From: Squalus acanthias | Lineage: Eukaryota | Length of the DNA stretch: 64,000 nucleotides | Assembly: GCA_030390025.1 (NCBI GenBank) | Contig: CM059432.1 | Location: 18,726,001 to 18,790,000 of the forward strand | Direction of reading: 5' to 3' | Part shown: positions 59,811 to 64,000 of the stretch, piece by piece | Numbering within the stretch: the stretch's first letter is position 1 | Layout: the number at the start of each line of letters is the position of its first letter | Made by a program: the position numbers and the translations under genes | Notes under the pieces: generated by a model | Seen by the model: only the letters and a program-made list of their open reading frames with translations | What the model was told of the DNA's origin: nothing | Database searches by the model: none

Positions 59811-62762
59811 ATGACAACAGAGAGGGTCATAGACATAGGTAGCAGTAGGGGAATCACAAATCAGAGCGTGGCAGGAAGGGACAGAGTGTGTGGAGTAAAA
59901 GGTAAACTGGTAAAAAGTGAAAAAGCAGGAACTAAGTGCCACAAAGCATATTTGAAAGTTCTCTATCTGAATGCACGTAGCATTCGTAACAAAATAGACG
60001 AGTTAATGGCACAAATAACTACATATGGTTATGATATTGTGGCCATTACAGAAACATGGCTGCAGGGTGACAATGCCTGGGAATTAAACATACCAGGTTA
60101 TTTAACGATCAGGAAGGACAGGCAGGAAGGAAGCGGAGGTGGGGTGGCTATGTTAATAAAGGAAGGAATCACTGTAATACAGAGTAATGATATTGGGTCA
60201 AAAAATCATGATAATGAAACAGTTTGGGTGGAGATAAGGAATAATAAGGGGAAAAAAACATTAGTGGGCGTAGTCTATAGGCCTCCGAACAGTTGCAACT
60301 CTATTGGACGGAGTATCAATCAGGAAATAGTTGAGGCATGTAATAAGGGAACATCTATAATTATGGGGGATTTTAACTATCATATTAATTGGACAAATCA
60401 AATGGGGCAGGGCTGCCTTGAGGATGAGTTCATTGAGTGTATTAGGGATGGGTTTCTTGAGCAGTATGTAACTGAACCGACCAGGGGGCAAGCAACCTTA
60501 GATCTGGTCCTGTGTAACGAGACAGGATTAATTAAAAATGTCCTAGTAAAGGATCCCCTTGGAATGAGTGACCATAACATGGTTGAATTCCATATTCAAT
60601 TAGAGGGTGAGAAGGTTGGATCTCAAACAAGCGTGCTAAGCTTGAATAAAGGAGACTATGAAGGTATGCGAGCGGAATTGAGTAGAGTGGATTGGGAAAA
60701 TAGATTAAAGGGTAAGACGACACATGATCAGTGGTGTACATTCAAGGAGTTATTTTACAACTTCCAAAAAATATATATCCCACTGAAAAGAAAAGGGTGT
60801 AAAAGAAAGGACAGTCATCCGTGGCTAAGTAAAGAAATTAAGGATAGTATTCGACTAAAAACAAGGGCATATAAGGTAGCGAAATCTAGTGGAAGGACAG
60901 AGGATTGGGAAAACTTTAAAAGGCAGCAAAAAATAACAAAAAGATTGATTAAGAAAGGGAAGATAGATTATGAAAGTAAATTAGCAAAAAATATAAAAAC
61001 AGATAGTAAGAGTTTTTATAGTTATATAAAAAGAAAAAGGGTGGCTAAAGTAAATGTTGGTCCCTTAGAGGATGAGGCCGGGAAATTAATGGTGGGAAAT
61101 ATGGAGATGGCAAAAACACTGAATGAATATTTTGTATCAGTCTTTACAGTAGAGGACACTAAGAATATCCCAACACTGGACAAACAGGGGGCTATAGGGG
61201 GAGAGGAGCTAAACACGATCAAAATCACTAAGGAAGTGGTACTCGGTAAAATAATGGGACTCAAGGCGGATAAATCACCTGGACCTGATGGCTTACATCC
61301 TAGAGTCTTGAAGGAAGTGGCGGTAGGGATTGTAGATGCATTGGTAATAATTTTTCAAAACTCCCTGGATTCCGCTAAGGTCCCGGCAGACTGGAAAACT
61401 GCTAATGTAACACCCTTATTTAAAAAGGGCAGTAGACAGAAGGCTGGTAACTATAGACCGGTTAGCCTAACATCTGTGGTAGGTAAAATTTTGGAGTCCA
61501 TTATTAAGGAAACAGTAACAGGACATTTGGATAATCATAATTTAATAGGACAAAGTCAGCATGGTTTTACGAAGGGGAAGTCATTTTTGACAAATTTGCT
61601 GGAGTTCTTTGAGGAAGTAACATATAGAGTAGATAAAGGGGAACCAGTGGACGTAGTGTATTTAGACTTCCAAAAGGCATTTGACAAGGTGCCACACAAA
61701 AGATTATTGCTTAAGGTAAAAAATCACGGGATTGGGGGTAATATTCTGGCATGGATAGAGGATTGGCTATCTAACAGAAAGCAAAGAGTTGGGATAAATG
61801 GTTCATTCTCAGACTGGCAATCAGTAACTAGTGGTGTTCCACAGGGGTCAGTGCTGGGTCCCCAACTCTTCACAATCTATATTAACGATTTGGAGGAAGG
61901 GACCAAGTGTAACATATCAAAATTTGCAGATGATACAAAGATGGGAGGGAAAGTAGTGAGTGAGGAGGACATAAAAAACCTGCAAGGGGACATAGACAGG
62001 CTAAGTAAGTGGGCAGAGATTTGGCAGATGGAATACAACACTGGAAAGTGTGAGGTGATGCACTTTGGCAGGAAAAATCCTAGAGCAATTTATTATCTTA
62101 ATGGCAAGAAACTGGAGAGTACTGAAGTGCAAAGGGATCTGGGGGTCCTGGTGCACGAAACTCAAAAGGTTAGTATGCAGGTGCAGCAAGTGATTAAGAA
62201 GGCAAATGGAATGTTGGCTTTCATTGCTAGGGGGATAGAATATAAAAATAGGGAGGTATTGCTTCAGTTGTACAAGGTATTGGTGAGACCGCACCTGGAA
62301 TACTGCATACAGTTTTGGTGTCCTTACTTAAGGAAAGACATCCTTGCTCTCGAGGCAGTGCAAAAAAGGTTCACTCGGTTAATCCCGGGGATGAGGGGGT
62401 GGTCATATGAGGAGAGGTTGGGTAGATTGGGACTCTACTCATTGGAGTTCAGAAGAATGAGAGGCGATCTTATTGAAACATATAAGATTGTGAAGGGGTT
62501 GGATCGGGTGGATGCGGGGAGGATGTTCCCGATGACGGGTGAGACGAGAACTAGGGGACATAGTCTTAGAATAAGGGGCTGCTCTTTCAAAACTGAGATG
62601 AGGAGGAACTACTTCACTCAGAGGGTGGTAGGTCCATGGAATATGCTGCCACAAAAAGCTGTAGAAGCTACAACATTAATTAAATTTAAAACAGAAATAG
62701 ACAGTTTCCTAGAAGTAAAGGGCATTAAGGGTTACGGGGAGCGGGCAGGAATTTGGACATGA
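59811..62762 (+). CDS. CR1 ORF2: AP endonuclease plus reverse transcriptase, 983 aa, uninterrupted
   Basis: [44 protein letters not shown]. Confidence 0.95.
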   Translation: MTTERVIDIGSSRGITNQSVAGRDRVCGVKGKLVKSEKAGTKCHKAYLKVLYLNARSIRNKIDELMAQITTYGYDIVAITETWLQGDNAWELNIPGYLTIRKDRQEGSGGGVAMLIKEGITVIQSNDIGSKNHDNETVWVEIRNNKGKKTLVGVVYRPPNSCNSIGRSINQEIVEACNKGTSIIMGDFNYHINWTNQMGQGCLEDEFIECIRDGFLEQYVTEPTRGQATLDLVLCNETGLIKNVLVKDPLGMSDHNMVEFHIQLEGEKVGSQTSVLSLNKGDYEGMRAELSRVDWENRLKGKTTHDQWCTFKELFYNFQKIYIPLKRKGCKRKDSHPWLSKEIKDSIRLKTRAYKVAKSSGRTEDWENFKRQQKITKRLIKKGKIDYESKLAKNIKTDSKSFYSYIKRKRVAKVNVGPLEDEAGKLMVGNMEMAKTLNEYFVSVFTVEDTKNIPTLDKQGAIGGEELNTIKITKEVVLGKIMGLKADKSPGPDGLHPRVLKEVAVGIVDALVIIFQNSLDSAKVPADWKTANVTPLFKKGSRQKAGNYRPVSLTSVVGKILESIIKETVTGHLDNHNLIGQSQHGFTKGKSFLTNLLEFFEEVTYRVDKGEPVDVVYLDFQKAFDKVPHKRLLLKVKNHGIGGNILAWIEDWLSNRKQRVGINGSFSDWQSVTSGVPQGSVLGPQLFTIYINDLEEGTKCNISKFADDTKMGGKVVSEEDIKNLQGDIDRLSKWAEIWQMEYNTGKCEVMHFGRKNPRAIYYLNGKKLESTEVQRDLGVLVHETQKVSMQVQQVIKKANGMLAFIARGIEYKNREVLLQLYKVLVRPHLEYCIQFWCPYLRKDILALEAVQKRFTRLIPGMRGWSYEERLGRLGLYSLEFRRMRGDLIETYKIVKGLDRVDAGRMFPMTGETRTRGHSLRIRGCSFKTEMRRNYFTQRVVGPWNMLPQKAVEATTLIKFKTEIDSFLEVKGIKGYGERAGIWT

Positions 62763-63275
62763 GTCTAGGTTCGGATCGGTCATGGCCCTGTGGGTAGTGG
62801 AGCGGGCCCAGGGACTGTGTAGCCTGATTCTGCTCCTATTTCGTGTGTGCAATTCTGTTAGATGCAGGAGATGGTTCTGTGATAGATAGTAGATTGGCGG
62901 TTAGGATCAGATCAGCCATGATCTTATTGAATGGCGGAGCAGGCTCGAGGGGCCGATTGGCCTACTCCTGCTCCTATTTCTTATGTTCTTATGTTCTTAT
63001 TAATATATATCAAGAAAAGTAGTGGTCCTAGTACCGACCCCTGGGGAACACCACTGTATGTCTTCCTCCATTCTGAAAAACAACTGTTCACCACTATTCT
63101 CTGTTTCCTGTCACTTAGCCAATTTCGGATCCATGCTGCCACTGTCCCTTTTATTCCATGGGCTTCAACTTTGCTGGCTAGCCTATTATGTGGCACTTTA
63201 TCAAATGCCTTTTGGTAGTCCATGCACACCACATTAACCCTCTCTGTTACCTCATCAAAAAAAGCAATCAAGTTA

Positions 63276-63990
63276 GTTCCTCTACACTTCTCAGTATCCT
63301 ACCATTTATTGTGTATTCCCTTGCCTTGTTAGCCCTCCCCAAATGCATTACCTCTGGATTGAATTCCATTTACACCACTTTTCTGCCCACCTGACCAGTT
63401 CATTGATATCCTCCTGCAGTCTACAGCTTTCTTCATCACTATCAATCACACGGTCAATTTTTGTATCATCTGCAAACTTCTTAATCATGCTCCCTACATT
63501 GAAGTCTAAATCACTGATATATACCACAAAAAGCAAGGGACCTAGTACTGAGCCCTGGGGAATCCCTCTGGAAACAGCCTTCCAGTCACAAAAATACCCA
63601 TCGACCATTACCCTTTGCTTCCTGCCACTGAGCTAATTTTGGATCCAACTTGCCACTTTCACCTGGATTCCATGGGCTTTTACTTTTCTGACCAATCTGC
63701 CATGTAGGACCTTGTCAAAAGCCTTGCTAAAATCCACGTAGACTACATCAAACATGCTACCCTCATCGACCCTCCTTGTCACCTTCTAAAAACATTCAAT
63801 CAAGTTAGTCAGACATGATCTTCCCTTAACAAATCCATGCGAACTGTCCTTGATTAATCCGTGCCTTTCTAAATGACGATTAATACTGTCCCTCAGAATT
63901 TTTTCCAATAATTTGTCCATCACTGAGGTTAGGCTGACTGGCCTGTAATTACTCAGTCTATCCCTTTCTCCCTTTTTGGCCAGTGTCCTA
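63276..63990 (-). mobile_element. CR1 RT fragment
   Basis: ORFs 63786 and 63348: [23 protein letters not shown]. Confidence 0.88.
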
Positions 63991-64000
63991 GCCAATATTT

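Larger units (their letters stand above)
59265..63000 (+). mobile_element. Young CR1 LINE, 5'-truncated within ORF1, intact ORF2, doubled 3' UTR
   Basis: Esterase half of ORF1, ORF2 and (TTCTTATG)n tail; no TSD, a few host bases lost. Confidence 0.95.
57436..63275 (-). mobile_element. CR1 RT/3' fragment split by a Harbinger derivative (58066-58945) and a + strand CR1 (59265-63000)
   Basis: ORFs 57504, 58988 and 62981 are consecutive RT segments. Confidence 0.82.

Overview
Eukaryotic, not prokaryotic, DNA. It is most likely from a cartilaginous fish; this is an inference from the SacSINE1-like DeuSINEs, the shark-type CR1 tails and the Penelope family. I could not recognise any host protein-coding exon. 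Most of the window is stacked transposable elements. CR1 LINEs dominate: one near full-length copy with ORF1 zinc-finger/esterase is split by four Harbinger insertions, and one copy has an intact 983-aa ORF2. A PIF/Harbinger DNA-transposon family is present as two near-complete two-gene copies (3-exon Myb/SANT gene plus convergent HARBI1-like transposase), one old degenerate copy and many MITE derivatives with 3-bp TSDs. There are also Penelope-like GIY-YIG elements with minimal hammerhead-ribozyme motifs, three solo LTRs with clean TSDs, L2 LINEs and tRNA-derived SINEs. Most notable: an immobilised Harbinger copy that keeps a fully intact spliced 458-aa Myb/SANT gene; a MITE family with a long internal hairpin; a shared C-NNN-G target context; hammerhead motifs including a 106-bp stand-alone insertion; and multi-layer nests whose insertion order can be read from TSDs. 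All coordinates were read by eye, and identities are visual estimates.
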